The notes under the pieces were generated by a model. It saw only the letters and a list, made by a program, of their open reading frames with translations. It ran no database searches and had not been told where the DNA came from. This document shows positions 11,436 through 21,149 of a stretch of 64,000 nt of DNA, piece by piece (the first letter of the stretch is position 1; each line of letters starts with the position of its first letter). Source of the DNA: Myxococcota bacterium (GTDB lineage: Bacteria; Myxococcota; XYA12-FULL-58-9; JALHOP01); the NCBI GenBank assembly GCA_041288095.1, contig JBGGMJ010000188.1, positions 32,001-96,000 on the forward strand, given 5' to 3'. The translations under genes were made by a program, and so were the position numbers.

Positions 11436-11529
11436 AGCTCCGCATGACACGCGGTCGCTCCCTCTAAGGCGCACCACCACGGTCGCCGGACCGATATACC
11501 GAGGACACAAGGGAACTTCGGAGCCACTG

Positions 11530-11799
11530 GTGAGCCTCACGCCGATTGCAAAGACGCCTCTCGCAGCTACTGCTAACCCGCGCTGCGATTGCGCCACCGA
11601 CGCTCAGCCCACGGTAAAGGCCGAGGCCCCCACGGTCGCCCCTTCCGCACCGACTCCGCCTCTTCACAAGCTCGCCATGAACGCCACCTCCGGGGCCCTC
11701 ATCACATTCGGCAGCATCGTCCTGCTCGGAACCCCCGAGATCACCGGCATCGTCGGCGGTCTCATCACGTTCGCGGCGCTTCAGGCGTTCACCAAATAG
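11530..11799 (+). CDS. Small hypothetical membrane protein (two C-terminal hydrophobic segments)
   Basis: 89 aa ORF whose stop overlaps the GTG start of the MFS gene. Confidence 0.5.
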   Translation: MSLTPIAKTPLAATANPRCDCATDAQPTVKAEAPTVAPSAPTPPLHKLAMNATSGALITFGSIVLLGTPEITGIVGGLITFAALQAFTK

Positions 11800-13103
11800 T
11801 GCTCGAGCCACCGAAGATCCGACAAGTCATCTTGGCGTCGTCGGTCGGCACGCTCTTCGAGTGGTACGACTTCTATCTCTACGGCTCGCTCGCGGCTTTC
11901 TTCGGCGGCCTGTTCTTCCCCAAAGGTCACGACACCGCGGCGTTTCTCGCGAGTCTTGCGACCTTCGGTGCGGGCTTTGCGGTGCGCCCGTTCGGCGCGC
12001 TCGTCTTCGGACGTCTCGGTGACCTCGTCGGTCGCAAGCACACGTTCCTCGTCACCATCGTGATCATGGGTGTGTCGACGGCGGCGATCGGCTTGCTGCC
12101 GACATACGAGAGTGTTGGTTTGCTCGCGCCGATTCTGCTCGTGACCCTGCGACTCGCACAGGGGCTCGCGCTCGGCGGTGAATACGGGGGGGCCGCGACC
12201 TACGTTGCCGAGCACTCGCCGGATGATCGACGCGGCTACTACACGAGCTTCATCCAGACGACGGCGACGCTCGGGTTCTTCGTGTCACTCGCGGTCATTC
12301 TCACGGTGCGGCTCGCTTGCGGTGACGAAGCTTTCACGAGCTGGGGCTGGCGCGTCCCGTTCCTGTTGTCGTTCGTGTTGCTGGGCGTCTCCGTCTACAT
12401 CCGGCTCAAGCTGCGTGAGTCGCCGGCCTTCTTGAAGCTCAAGGCCGACAACAAGCTCTCGAAGAATCCGCTCAAGGAGAGCTTCACCAATCCGGTGAAC
12501 CTCAAATACGTCTTGCTCGCGCTCTTCGGCGCCACTGCCGGCCAAGGCGTCGTCTGGTACACGAGCCAGTTCTATGCGTTGTTCTTCTTGCAGAGCACGC
12601 TCAAGGTCGATTTCGTCACGTCGTACGTGCTCATCGGCATTGCTCTCGCGATCGGGACACCGTTCTTCGTGGTGTTCGGCCACCTCTCGGATCGCATCGG
12701 ACGCAAACCGATCATCTTGGTAGGGTGCGCTTTAGCGGCCGTGCTTTACTACCCGCTGTTTCGCGCATTGGCGGTAGTCGCGGCTCCGCCCGATATCAAC
12801 ATCTTCGCGACGCTCGCCATCCTCGTCGTCTTCGTGCTGCTCGTGACCATGGTTTACGGGCCCATCGCGGCGTTTCTCGTCGAGCTGTTCCCGACGCGCA
12901 TTCGCTACACATCGATGTCGCTGCCCTATCACATCGGCAACGGCGTCTTCGGTGGCTTCATGCCGCTGATTGCGGCGAGCATGACCGCCGCCACCGGCAA
13001 CATCTACGCGGGTCTCGCTTATCCCTGCTTCATCGCGCTCACCACGGTGATTGTTGGTGCCATTGGAATTCGGGAATCCAAGGAGCACCGACTCATTTCG
13101 TGA
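11799..13103 (+). CDS. MFS transporter, metabolite:H+ symporter (MHS) family
   Basis: GTLFEWYDF, RPFGALVFGRLGDLVGRK, QGLALGGEYGGA and ELFPTRIRY motifs; GTG start at 11799. Confidence 0.9.
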   Translation: MLEPPKIRQVILASSVGTLFEWYDFYLYGSLAAFFGGLFFPKGHDTAAFLASLATFGAGFAVRPFGALVFGRLGDLVGRKHTFLVTIVIMGVSTAAIGLLPTYESVGLLAPILLVTLRLAQGLALGGEYGGAATYVAEHSPDDRRGYYTSFIQTTATLGFFVSLAVILTVRLACGDEAFTSWGWRVPFLLSFVLLGVSVYIRLKLRESPAFLKLKADNKLSKNPLKESFTNPVNLKYVLLALFGATAGQGVVWYTSQFYALFFLQSTLKVDFVTSYVLIGIALAIGTPFFVVFGHLSDRIGRKPIILVGCALAAVLYYPLFRALAVVAAPPDINIFATLAILVVFVLLVTMVYGPIAAFLVELFPTRIRYTSMSLPYHIGNGVFGGFMPLIAASMTAATGNIYAGLAYPCFIALTTVIVGAIGIRESKEHRLIS

Positions 13104-16100
13104 GCCAAGGCGTAAGCTCGAGGATAGCTCCCGAGCTTGCAAACCCGGCGTCACCGAGCTCGCCGCCGGTGTCGTCGCCCCAGCACTTCAAGACTCCCTG
13201 AGTCGTCAGGCCGCAGGCCGAGCGCTTGCCGCGGGCGATGGCGCTGTAGGTCGTTCCTGAATCGACGGCTTGCGGTGCCTGTGCCGACGCGAAGCCGCCG
13301 TTGCCGATCTGGCCTTGGCCTCCGCCTCCCCAGCAGCGCACCAAGCCCGACGTCGTGAGGCCGCAGCTACCGATGCTCGCTATGCCGCCGTTGTTGAAAC
13401 GCGTCAGCGCCACCGCGGCGTACTGGGCGGCGCTGTCGATGGGAGTCGGTTGCGGGCGCGGCGTCGTGGTTCCGTCGCCGAGCTGGCCAACGCCGTTGCT
13501 CCCCCAGCACTTGAGCTGACCACCGACGACCACCGCGCATGTATGGGCGCTCCAGGCATCGCACCCGACTCCCACGTGCGAGTACGCCACACCGCTATCG
13601 ACGACAGTCGGCGTGGTCGTCGGCGTCACAGAGGTCGTGCCGTTGCCCAACTGACCGTAGTCGTTCGCGCCCCAGCACTTGAGCACGCCGTTGGTAGTGA
13701 CGGCGCAGGTGTGCGTGCACGCGGCGCTCACTTGAGCGTAGGTTGTGCCGACGTCGATGGCGAGGGGCGCTGACACCGTCGCGGTTCCGCCGCTGCCAAC
13801 CTGGCCCGACGCGTTCGTGCCCATGCACTCGAGCCCTGCGAGGTCGGTAATGGCGCACGCGTGCCCGTTGCCCACGGCCACTGCGACGTACCGTGACGCG
13901 GACGAGATGACGTGCGGCTCGAGCGGCGCGAACGGGCCAGAGCCGGCGCAGGTGAGCTGACCCGCGGCGACGCCACAGGTCACCTGCTCGCCGAGCGCGA
14001 AGGCGGTGTAGCCGCTTCCCCAAGATGCCGCGAGCGCCGGCCAGCCACCCCAACAATAGGGTTGTCCGCTCGAGAGGACACATCCATGTCTCGTGTGTGG
14101 GCCGAGGGACAGCTGGTCGTAAACGCGCGCGTCGTCGATCACCGCCGGCGCGCGCCGATAGGTGAGCACACCATCACCGAGCGACGCCGGCCCGTAGCCG
14201 GCGAGGAAACAACCGACGGCTCCAGCAGCGTCGCTGCCGCACAAGGCACGCTCGCTGCCCGAGAGCGTCGTCCAGGTGCGGCCGCCCTGTTGTGGAATGG
14301 GCTGACTGGCAAAACATCGCAGCTCCGCGCCCGTGGTCACTCCACAGGTCGAAAACAGAAGGCCGGCGTGAATGTCGGCATAGCTCGTCCCGGTGTCGGC
14401 GGTGACGGGGGTCAGTTTCTGAGTCGTCGACCCGTCTCCGAGCTGGCCGGATGAGTTGTAGCCCCAGCACCGCGCCACGCCGGTGCTGGTGACGCCGCAG
14501 GTGCGCATCGTCCCCGGCGACACCATCTGGTACGTCGTGCCGCTGTCGATGGTGACCGGCGTTTGCTGGTCGGTGGTGGAGTTGTTGCCGACCTGACCGT
14601 TCGAGTTCCAACCCCAGCAGCGGAGTGCGTTCGCGGTGGTGATGCCGCACGTCGTGTGCATGAACGTCCGCAGGTCGCGGTAGCTGACGCCGCTATCGAT
14701 GGTGAGGGGCAGCGGAGCCGAGGCGCTCGCCGCGTTTCCTAGTTGCGCGAACGAGTCGCCGCCCCAACATTTCACCGTGCCGCCTGTCGTCAGCGCGCAG
14801 CTGTGATAGCGGCCGACGGCGGCACGCTGATAGCTCGTGCCCAGGTCGATGGGCACCGGGCTCGCGCGCTGCTGGCCACTGCCGTCGCCGAGCTGTCCGC
14901 CCGCGTTACTGCCCCAGCACTTGAGCACGCTACCTTGCGTGACACCGCAGGCGTGACCTTCGCCGACGCTGACATCCGAGTAGGGCACTCCGCCATCGAT
15001 GACGACGGGTTGCGGGCGATCGATGGTCGTCCCGTCTCCCACTTGGCCGACGTCGTTGATGCCCCAACACACCAGTGTCCCGTCGCTCAAGACGGCGCAG
15101 CCATTGGTTGCCTCGAAGTTCATGGCATGGCGACTCACGGTGAGGGGCGCACCGCTCGAGCGGATGCCCAGACGTGTCGTCGCCGTGTCGTCAATCCTGA
15201 CGCGAGGTGAGTCGACCGCGATTGCGCGCACCTCCATGCGAGCCCACCACGTCGTTCCGGGACGTGCATCGAAGACGTCGAACGTGACCGGCGCGGTGAC
15301 CTGGCCGGCGGGAATGGTGATCTCTCGTCCGTTTTCGAGATCGTGGTCGAGCCCGTACACAGCGTCTCCGAGCACCTCCAGCGTGACGTGCACGTCTTGC
15401 AGCCGCGTCGCGGCTAGGCGCAGCGTGAGCGTTTGCGCGCCGCTCGTCGACGCCACGATGCCGTCACGCTCGACGAAGCCGATAGTCGTCCACGCTTCGC
15501 TCACGGCGAGAGTGATCGCCCGCGCGGTCATGGGCGTCACGTGACCGACAGCATCGCGAATCCAGAGGTAGACGGCTTTGGGTCCGTTCGCGCCCGGGAG
15601 TTGCGTCGATGTCAGCGAGGTCAACGGAAGCCAACCGGCGTCGGTGAAGACCGGGCTCGCGGAGAGACGTGCCTCCATGGGACTCGCGTCGCTCGCGTTG
15701 ATCGCCACGGTGACTTCCGCGGACGCCGTGCTCGCCGCGCCTCCCGCCAGCAAGAAGTCTTCGAGCACGGGAGGCTGGCCATCGATGCCGAAGGGCGTCG
15801 ACACCACGGGCGCTGCCGTGTTGCCCACGGCGTCGGAGAGGCTCACTCGCACGAGTGCTTGGCTCGCATCGGTCGCCGGCACCTGCCAGTCAGTGCCGCT
15901 AACGTGGTCGTTCATCGCGGTCGCACTGGCCTGCACCGGGGTGAGAAGACTCCAGCTCGCCCCGCCATCGACGGAGACCTCGACGGCAAAGCTCGCGAGC
16001 GGCGCGACGTGCGGTTCTGTCGTCGACCATGTCAGTGAAAAAGGAGCGGCCCCGGCAACGAACGCCGGCGGCGCCCGCACCCAACGCAAGTTGGGAGGAG

Positions 16101-16476
16101 TTGTATCGAGGGTGACCTGGGTGGTGCCCGGCGCATCGGAGATCGCGCCACCGGCGTCACGGCCCCACACCGCTATCGTGTACAGGCCGTCAGCGCCGCT
16201 GAGCGTGTGCCCCGCCGTGCCCGCGCACGCGACCCAGCGCGGGTCGTTCGCTGCCGGCCGCGCCGTGCTCTGTGTCACCAGCATGCTGCCGTCAGGGGAG
16301 CGGCAAACGATGCTCAACTCGACCTCCCGTGACGCCGTCAGTCCGGGGGTGCTCAGGGTCACCGCGGGTGCCGAGCCACCAGCTTGCAGGCCATCGTCGA
16401 GAAAGCCGCTGCGCGAACAAGCGACGGAGGGCGCCAGCACGCAGATCAGGGCACCCGCCACCAGCCGACGCGCCAT
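13093..16476 (-). CDS. Large RCC1-repeat surface lipoprotein with Ig-like N-terminal domains
   Basis: Lipobox-like SVAC; about 14 repeats of C-x9-CWG-xNxxGQLGDG; DTTPP/DGQPP Ig-like junctions. Confidence 0.85.
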   Translation of the reverse strand: MARRLVAGALICVLAPSVACSRSGFLDDGLQAGGSAPAVTLSTPGLTASREVELSIVCRSPDGSMLVTQSTARPAANDPRWVACAGTAGHTLSGADGLYTIAVWGRDAGGAISDAPGTTQVTLDTTPPNLRWVRAPPAFVAGAAPFSLTWSTTEPHVAPLASFAVEVSVDGGASWSLLTPVQASATAMNDHVSGTDWQVPATDASQALVRVSLSDAVGNTAAPVVSTPFGIDGQPPVLEDFLLAGGAASTASAEVTVAINASDASPMEARLSASPVFTDAGWLPLTSLTSTQLPGANGPKAVYLWIRDAVGHVTPMTARAITLAVSEAWTTIGFVERDGIVASTSGAQTLTLRLAATRLQDVHVTLEVLGDAVYGLDHDLENGREITIPAGQVTAPVTFDVFDARPGTTWWARMEVRAIAVDSPRVRIDDTATTRLGIRSSGAPLTVSRHAMNFEATNGCAVLSDGTLVCWGINDVGQVGDGTTIDRPQPVVIDGGVPYSDVSVGEGHACGVTQGSVLKCWGSNAGGQLGDGSGQQRASPVPIDLGTSYQRAAVGRYHSCALTTGGTVKCWGGDSFAQLGNAASASAPLPLTIDSGVSYRDLRTFMHTTCGITTANALRCWGWNSNGQVGNNSTTDQQTPVTIDSGTTYQMVSPGTMRTCGVTSTGVARCWGYNSSGQLGDGSTTQKLTPVTADTGTSYADIHAGLLFSTCGVTTGAELRCFASQPIPQQGGRTWTTLSGSERALCGSDAAGAVGCFLAGYGPASLGDGVLTYRRAPAVIDDARVYDQLSLGPHTRHGCVLSSGQPYCWGGWPALAASWGSGYTAFALGEQVTCGVAAGQLTCAGSGPFAPLEPHVISSASRYVAVAVGNGHACAITDLAGLECMGTNASGQVGSGGTATVSAPLAIDVGTTYAQVSAACTHTCAVTTNGVLKCWGANDYGQLGNGTTSVTPTTTPTVVDSGVAYSHVGVGCDAWSAHTCAVVVGGQLKCWGSNGVGQLGDGTTTPRPQPTPIDSAAQYAAVALTRFNNGGIASIGSCGLTTSGLVRCWGGGGQGQIGNGGFASAQAPQAVDSGTTYSAIARGKRSACGLTTQGVLKCWGDDTGGELGDAGFASSGAILELTPWLTK

Positions 16477-16579
16477 GTCATGAGTGTAGCTTGGCGACCC
16501 TGACGGGGCGACAGACAACGCGCCCCACGGCTCGCCGATGATGCCTCCGCGCTTTCGCGCGTTTTCTTGGGGTCGCGAC

Positions 16580-17182
16580 ATGAACATCGGCGGAATTGGA
16601 CAGGTTGGACACGTCAACGAGGCGGCCCGGGCCGAAGTGGCGACCGCAAGTGCGCGGGCACAACCGGTCGTCATCGGTTTTGGTCCGATGACCGAAGCCG
16701 CGCGCGACAATGGCTTGGCGATGCCGCGCGCTGGTGTGAGCGCTGCCCGTCCGCCGATGATGCGAGTCGCGGGCGGGGAGGGACACCTTCTCGCCGAAGC
16801 GCGTGCGCATTTCGTGCGCGAACGTCCCGAGGTGGTGAGCGCGCTGCGGCGCGCCTATGCGGACATCACTCAGCCCGTGGTCGACGAGATCGCCGACGAG
16901 TGGGTTGCGCGCTCGCTGCGCCGCTATAGCGCACTACTCGACGGGCGCAACGACGGGCTTCAGTACCTGACGCCCTCGGGGTTGCTTCTCACCATCGCTT
17001 TCGAGGGTCAGCGGCCAGAGGGCGACCCGGTGCGCGTGCTCGCCGAGGGGCACCAAGCGAGGTTCATCGAATCGCTTGCGCGCAACGGCGAGTCCACCGA
17101 GGAGGCCACCTTCCAGGCGCGGACGATTGGAGCCCGCCTCGCGCGCAGCACGGCGGGATGGGAAGCGGAGCTAGGTCGCTAG
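16580..17182 (+). CDS. Hypothetical protein
   Basis: ORF beginning MNIGGIGQVG, divergent from the RCC1 gene. Confidence 0.6.
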   Translation: MNIGGIGQVGHVNEAARAEVATASARAQPVVIGFGPMTEAARDNGLAMPRAGVSAARPPMMRVAGGEGHLLAEARAHFVRERPEVVSALRRAYADITQPVVDEIADEWVARSLRRYSALLDGRNDGLQYLTPSGLLLTIAFEGQRPEGDPVRVLAEGHQARFIESLARNGESTEEATFQARTIGARLARSTAGWEAELGR

Positions 17183-18094
17183 TCAGCTGCGCGACCCTTG
17201 TTTGTTGAAGAGATCGGCGATGACCAGAAAGCGGCGCAACGCGTAGAGCGAGCGATGCCACATCGTCACGAGGAACTCGGAGGGCACGGCCACGGTGTTG
17301 CAGACCAGGGCAACGCGGGGGAGTAGGCCCGAGGTATCCGGAGCCAATGAGAGCATGATGGTGAACGCGTCTTCGGCTTTCTGATCGATGAAATAGCGGT
17401 CGCCGGCGTCGTTCAGCTTGCGGCCTTCTAGATCGTAGAGGCTCGCGAGGGCTGCATTGAGCGGCGCGGGGTCGGCGAGGTCTCCGAACGCGACACGCAC
17501 GCTGTCCATGATGAAGCAGGCGTGGGACACGAGGGCCGGATCCCGCGCGGTCGTTTGCAAGATGAACTTGCGAACGTTCTCGATGAGCTCCTCGCGCGAG
17601 CGAAAACCGGGCATCAAGGTGTTGAAAAAGCGATAGAGGGCGAGCGACGTACTGGCCCAGTCGTAGCTACGCAAAGCCGAGTAGACCGTCGTGTAGAGGC
17701 TGTTGCTGTCGGCTTCGGCCTTGGAGATGTATCCGTTGATCTCGTAGCCCTCGAGGATCTGCCGCTGCGGAGCCTTGCCGGGCTGACCGGTGCGGATGAT
17801 GATCTGCGTCACGTCGTTCTTGAGGGCGCTGCGGATGTACGAGCAGAGCTCGAGCCCAGCGGTGTCGGTCTCCATGATGACATCGACGATAGCCAGAGCG
17901 ATGATGGTCGAATCCGCGAGGCCCTGCAGGTACTCGAGCGCGGCGCCTTTGTTCGCAAAGGTGGTGATCTGGAGACGCGCGCCGGCGTAATTCAGACGCT
18001 TGAGCACGAGGTCGCTCACCGCGAGAACGCTCGGATCGTCGTCGACGATCATGACATTGAAGTATTCGCGCCTGAACATGCGAGCCTCGGCCAT
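17183..18094 (-). CDS. Orphan response regulator (REC plus uncharacterised C-terminal domain)
   Basis: VMIVDDD, IVDVIMETDTAGL, IIRTGQPG and YISK motifs. Confidence 0.8.
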   Translation of the reverse strand: MAEARMFRREYFNVMIVDDDPSVLAVSDLVLKRLNYAGARLQITTFANKGAALEYLQGLADSTIIALAIVDVIMETDTAGLELCSYIRSALKNDVTQIIIRTGQPGKAPQRQILEGYEINGYISKAEADSNSLYTTVYSALRSYDWASTSLALYRFFNTLMPGFRSREELIENVRKFILQTTARDPALVSHACFIMDSVRVAFGDLADPAPLNAALASLYDLEGRKLNDAGDRYFIDQKAEDAFTIMLSLAPDTSGLLPRVALVCNTVAVPSEFLVTMWHRSLYALRRFLVIADLFNKQGSRS

Positions 18095-18180
18095 AGCTTC
18101 GGGTGGGGACAGCCGTCATGTCAAACCCGAGGGGCCGCACTAGCCACACCAGGGGGCCGGGCCGCGCCGATACACTAGGT

Positions 18181-18492
18181 ATGCGGGTGCGTGAAGTTGC
18201 GACCAAACCGGTGATCTCCCTGGCGGAATTCGCTAGGGCAGCGGCGGATCCCGACGCCAAAGCCGGCTCATTGGGCCAGCGCGCTCGCGCCCACGTGGGG
18301 ACCCTGTCGCGGATAGTCCATCCGGCGCCTTCGGGCCCCGCGGCGCCCGTGCTGGACCTTGCTCCCGCCCTGAAAAACGCCCGTCAGAATGCCGCGATGC
18401 GCGCCCTAGTCGAAGCCATCGAGGCCGCCGTGCTGCCGCCGCCCCAGAGTAGCTACGTCATCGACCCGAGCCACGTTTTCTACGTCTCCTAA
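18181..18492 (+). CDS. Hypothetical protein
   Basis: ATG at 18181; the ORF is followed by a hairpin and T-tract. Confidence 0.5.
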   Translation: MRVREVATKPVISLAEFARAAADPDAKAGSLGQRARAHVGTLSRIVHPAPSGPAAPVLDLAPALKNARQNAAMRALVEAIEAAVLPPPQSSYVIDPSHVFYVS

Positions 18493-18510
18493 GGCCCCGG
18501 TGAGCAGGCG

Positions 18511-18537
18511 GCGGGTTCCTTTGACCCCGCGTTTTTT
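18511..18537 (+). terminator. Putative intrinsic terminator
   Basis: Imperfect stem-loop gcgggttc-cttt-gaccccgc followed by gtttttt. Confidence 0.45.
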
Positions 18538-18557
18538 CCCGGTACCCTTCCCCCACA

Positions 18558-19577
18558 ATGTCCATTCCAGCGCGCCTTTTGACCGCTGCAGCGGTCGCTT
18601 GCTCTCTCCAGTTGTTGACGGCGTGTGGTCAGGATTGCGGCGAAGGCACCGTGCGCCAGGGCGACGCCTGTGTGCCGGTGGGTTTCTCCTGTGGCGCCGG
18701 AACGGTCCTCTCCGACGGCGTCTGCGTGTCCGAGATCGACGCCTGCGGTGATGGAACCGTGGTCGACGGCACCACTTGCGTGCTCGACGACGGCTCGGTC
18801 ATCTGCGGCGAGGGAACGCAGTTCGATGTCGCGCTCGCGCGTTGCGTCGCCACGGTCGCGGGCGCCTGCGGTACCAACACCATCGCGGTCGACGATACCT
18901 GCGTGGTGGCCGCGCATCTGCGCTTGATTCACGCGGTGTCGGCGCCCAATGGCGAGGTCATCGATGTCTACGTCGACGGCCTGCTGGTGATGAACGACAT
19001 GACCTATCTCGGGGCCACGCGTTTCTTCGACGTCCCGGCCGGCACCCGCGACATCGCCATCGCCCTCCCGGAGAGCGGTGCCGCCATCGGCGACCCGGTA
19101 CCGGACGACGCCATCGCCACGTCCGTCACCGTAAGCCCCGTGACCGACAACGTCGCCGTCCTCGTCGGCTTCGATAGCGACAGCTTCGCCGCCGCCGGCC
19201 GTCAGTTGCCGAGGTCCGTCGAAGCGGACGACCTGGCCTTCACGGTGGTCCAAAGCAACCCCGATGCTCCAGCGCTCGTCGATGTCGAGCACGAGGGCGC
19301 CGATCACTACAGCGAAGGCGACGACGCGACGCTCGTCGACAACCTCGCATTCGGGACGGCATCGCCAGTCGTGACCATGTCCGCGTCACGCTTCGTGATG
19401 GGCTTCGGGGGCAACGGCGGTGCCGATGTCGACCGCTACCGCGCCTCGTGGGAAGACCTCGGCGGCGAGACCTTCACGCTGGTCATCGGTGCTCCAGAGG
19501 ACGACTACGAGCTCGGCCGCGTCTGGGTCTACTCGCGCAACGCCGACACCGGCGTCGAGCTACCGCTGTTCGACTGA
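18558..19577 (+). CDS. Cys-rich repeat lipoprotein with DUF4397-like domain
   Basis: Lipobox LTAC; CGxGT...C repeats; 'LRLIHAVSAPNGEVIDVYVDG'. Confidence 0.75.
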   Translation: MSIPARLLTAAAVACSLQLLTACGQDCGEGTVRQGDACVPVGFSCGAGTVLSDGVCVSEIDACGDGTVVDGTTCVLDDGSVICGEGTQFDVALARCVATVAGACGTNTIAVDDTCVVAAHLRLIHAVSAPNGEVIDVYVDGLLVMNDMTYLGATRFFDVPAGTRDIAIALPESGAAIGDPVPDDAIATSVTVSPVTDNVAVLVGFDSDSFAAAGRQLPRSVEADDLAFTVVQSNPDAPALVDVEHEGADHYSEGDDATLVDNLAFGTASPVVTMSASRFVMGFGGNGGADVDRYRASWEDLGGETFTLVIGAPEDDYELGRVWVYSRNADTGVELPLFD

Positions 19578-20498
19578 GCGCTGCGCAAGGTACCAGCGCA
19601 CGGTCCGCGTCAGGCCCTCCTCGAGCCCGACCTTGGCACGAAACCCGAGCGCCGTGAGCCGTGACACGTCCATGAGCTTGCGCGGCGTGCCGTCGGGCTT
19701 GCTCGCGTCCCAGCGCACTTGACCGCTATAGCCGACGACCTTGGCGATGAGCTCGGCGAGCTCCTTGACGGTGACGTCGACGCCGGTGCCGACGTTCAAC
19801 GGCCCAGGTCCCGAGAAGTGGTCGAGCAGATGCAGCGCCGCGTCCGCCATATCCTCGACATAGAGAAACTCGCGCCGCGGCTGTCCGCTACCCCAGAGCG
19901 TCACCGACCCGCCGCTCTCCTTGGCCTCGACGAACTTGCGGATCATGGCGGGCACGACATGGGAGCTCATGAGATCGAAGTTGTCGTGCGGCCCATAGAG
20001 GTTCGTCGGCATGGCGCTGATGAAGTCGCAGCCATATTGAGCGCGATAGTGATCGCACATCTCGATGGCGGCGATCTTGGCGACCGCGTAGGCGCGGTTC
20101 GTCTCCTCCAGCGGACCGCTCAGAATGTGCTCCTCACGGAGCGGCTGCGGCGCGAGCTTGGGGTAGATGCAACTGCTCCCGAGGTTCAGGAGCTTCTTCA
20201 CGCCGCTCTGGTAGGCCGAGTGGATGACGTGGGTCGCAATGGTGAGATTCTCGTAGATGAAGGTCGCCGGGGCCGTGGCGTTGGCGTGGATGCCGCCGAC
20301 CTTGGCGGCGGCGAGGACGACGATCTCGGGCTTTTCGGTGGTGAAGAACGCGCGCACGGCGGCTTGGTCGAGGAGATCGAGCTCGGTCCGCGTGCGCAAG
20401 AGGAGGTTCTTGTGGCCCTTGGCTTCTAGGGCGCGGAGTACGGCGCTGCCAACTAGGCCGCGGTGGCCGGCGACGAAGATGCGGCTAGATGCCTGCAT
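19560..20498 (-). CDS. fcl: GDP-L-fucose synthase
   Basis: GHRGLVGSA, AAAKVGGI, LGSSCIYPK, PTNLYGPHDNF and KPDGTPRK motifs. Confidence 0.95.
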   Translation of the reverse strand: MQASSRIFVAGHRGLVGSAVLRALEAKGHKNLLLRTRTELDLLDQAAVRAFFTTEKPEIVVLAAAKVGGIHANATAPATFIYENLTIATHVIHSAYQSGVKKLLNLGSSCIYPKLAPQPLREEHILSGPLEETNRAYAVAKIAAIEMCDHYRAQYGCDFISAMPTNLYGPHDNFDLMSSHVVPAMIRKFVEAKESGGSVTLWGSGQPRREFLYVEDMADAALHLLDHFSGPGPLNVGTGVDVTVKELAELIAKVVGYSGQVRWDASKPDGTPRKLMDVSRLTALGFRAKVGLEEGLTRTVRWYLAQRSVEQR

Positions 20499-20558
20499 GG
20501 GCGACGAGCTCCTTGCCCAGCCTTTGACAGGTTCCCGATTGGCTGACTAGATCCATAT

Positions 20559-21146
20559 GTGCGTCCGTTTCTCTTGCTCACCCTCCTGTCTGCGATGGCC
20601 TGTGGCACCAGCACGGCGCCAGCGGCAAGGGTCGGCGGTGCAGCCAAACCGCCCATCGAAAATGCCGTCTTGGGGCCTGGCGACGTCTTCGAAGTGCGGG
20701 TCTTTGGTGAAGAGGGCCTTTCAGGCGCCTACCGAGTAGCAAGCGACGGGACCATTGATTTTCCCCTCGTCGGCAAGACGAAAGTCGACGGCCTCACTGC
20801 CAGCACGCTGAGTGACCTGCTGCGTGCGTCTCTCAGCAGGTACGTGAACAATCCGAGCGTTTCGGTCTTTCTGAAGGAATACAATTCCCGGAAGATCTTT
20901 GTCTTTGGTCAGGTCCGGGAACCCGGCACGTTTCCTTACGAGCAAGGCATGAACATCGTGCAAGCAATAACCTCGGCGGGTGGCTTCGATAAGCTTGCTG
21001 ATCAGGATGGCACCTCCGTCACGCGCGTCGTCGATGGTCACGAGCAAAGGTTGAAGATTTCGGTCAAGGCGATTGCCGAAGGCCGCGCGCAAAATTTCAC
21101 GCTCGAGCCGGGCGATATCGTGTTCGTTCCCGAGACGATCTTCTGA
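20559..21146 (+). CDS. wza: Short OPX/Wza polysaccharide export lipoprotein (Poly_export plus one SLBB domain)
   Basis: Lipobox AMAC; LGPGDVF, DGTIDFPLVG, VFGQVREPG and AGGF motifs; ends LEPGDIVFVPETIF. Confidence 0.88.
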   Translation: MRPFLLLTLLSAMACGTSTAPAARVGGAAKPPIENAVLGPGDVFEVRVFGEEGLSGAYRVASDGTIDFPLVGKTKVDGLTASTLSDLLRASLSRYVNNPSVSVFLKEYNSRKIFVFGQVREPGTFPYEQGMNIVQAITSAGGFDKLADQDGTSVTRVVDGHEQRLKISVKAIAEGRAQNFTLEPGDIVFVPETIF

Positions 21147-21149
21147 CCC

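Noticed and set aside
13093..15120. RCC1 repeats as a DGR target or DNA-level tandem repeat
   Set aside because: Repeats are divergent at the nucleotide level; no reverse transcriptase or TR/VR pair was seen.
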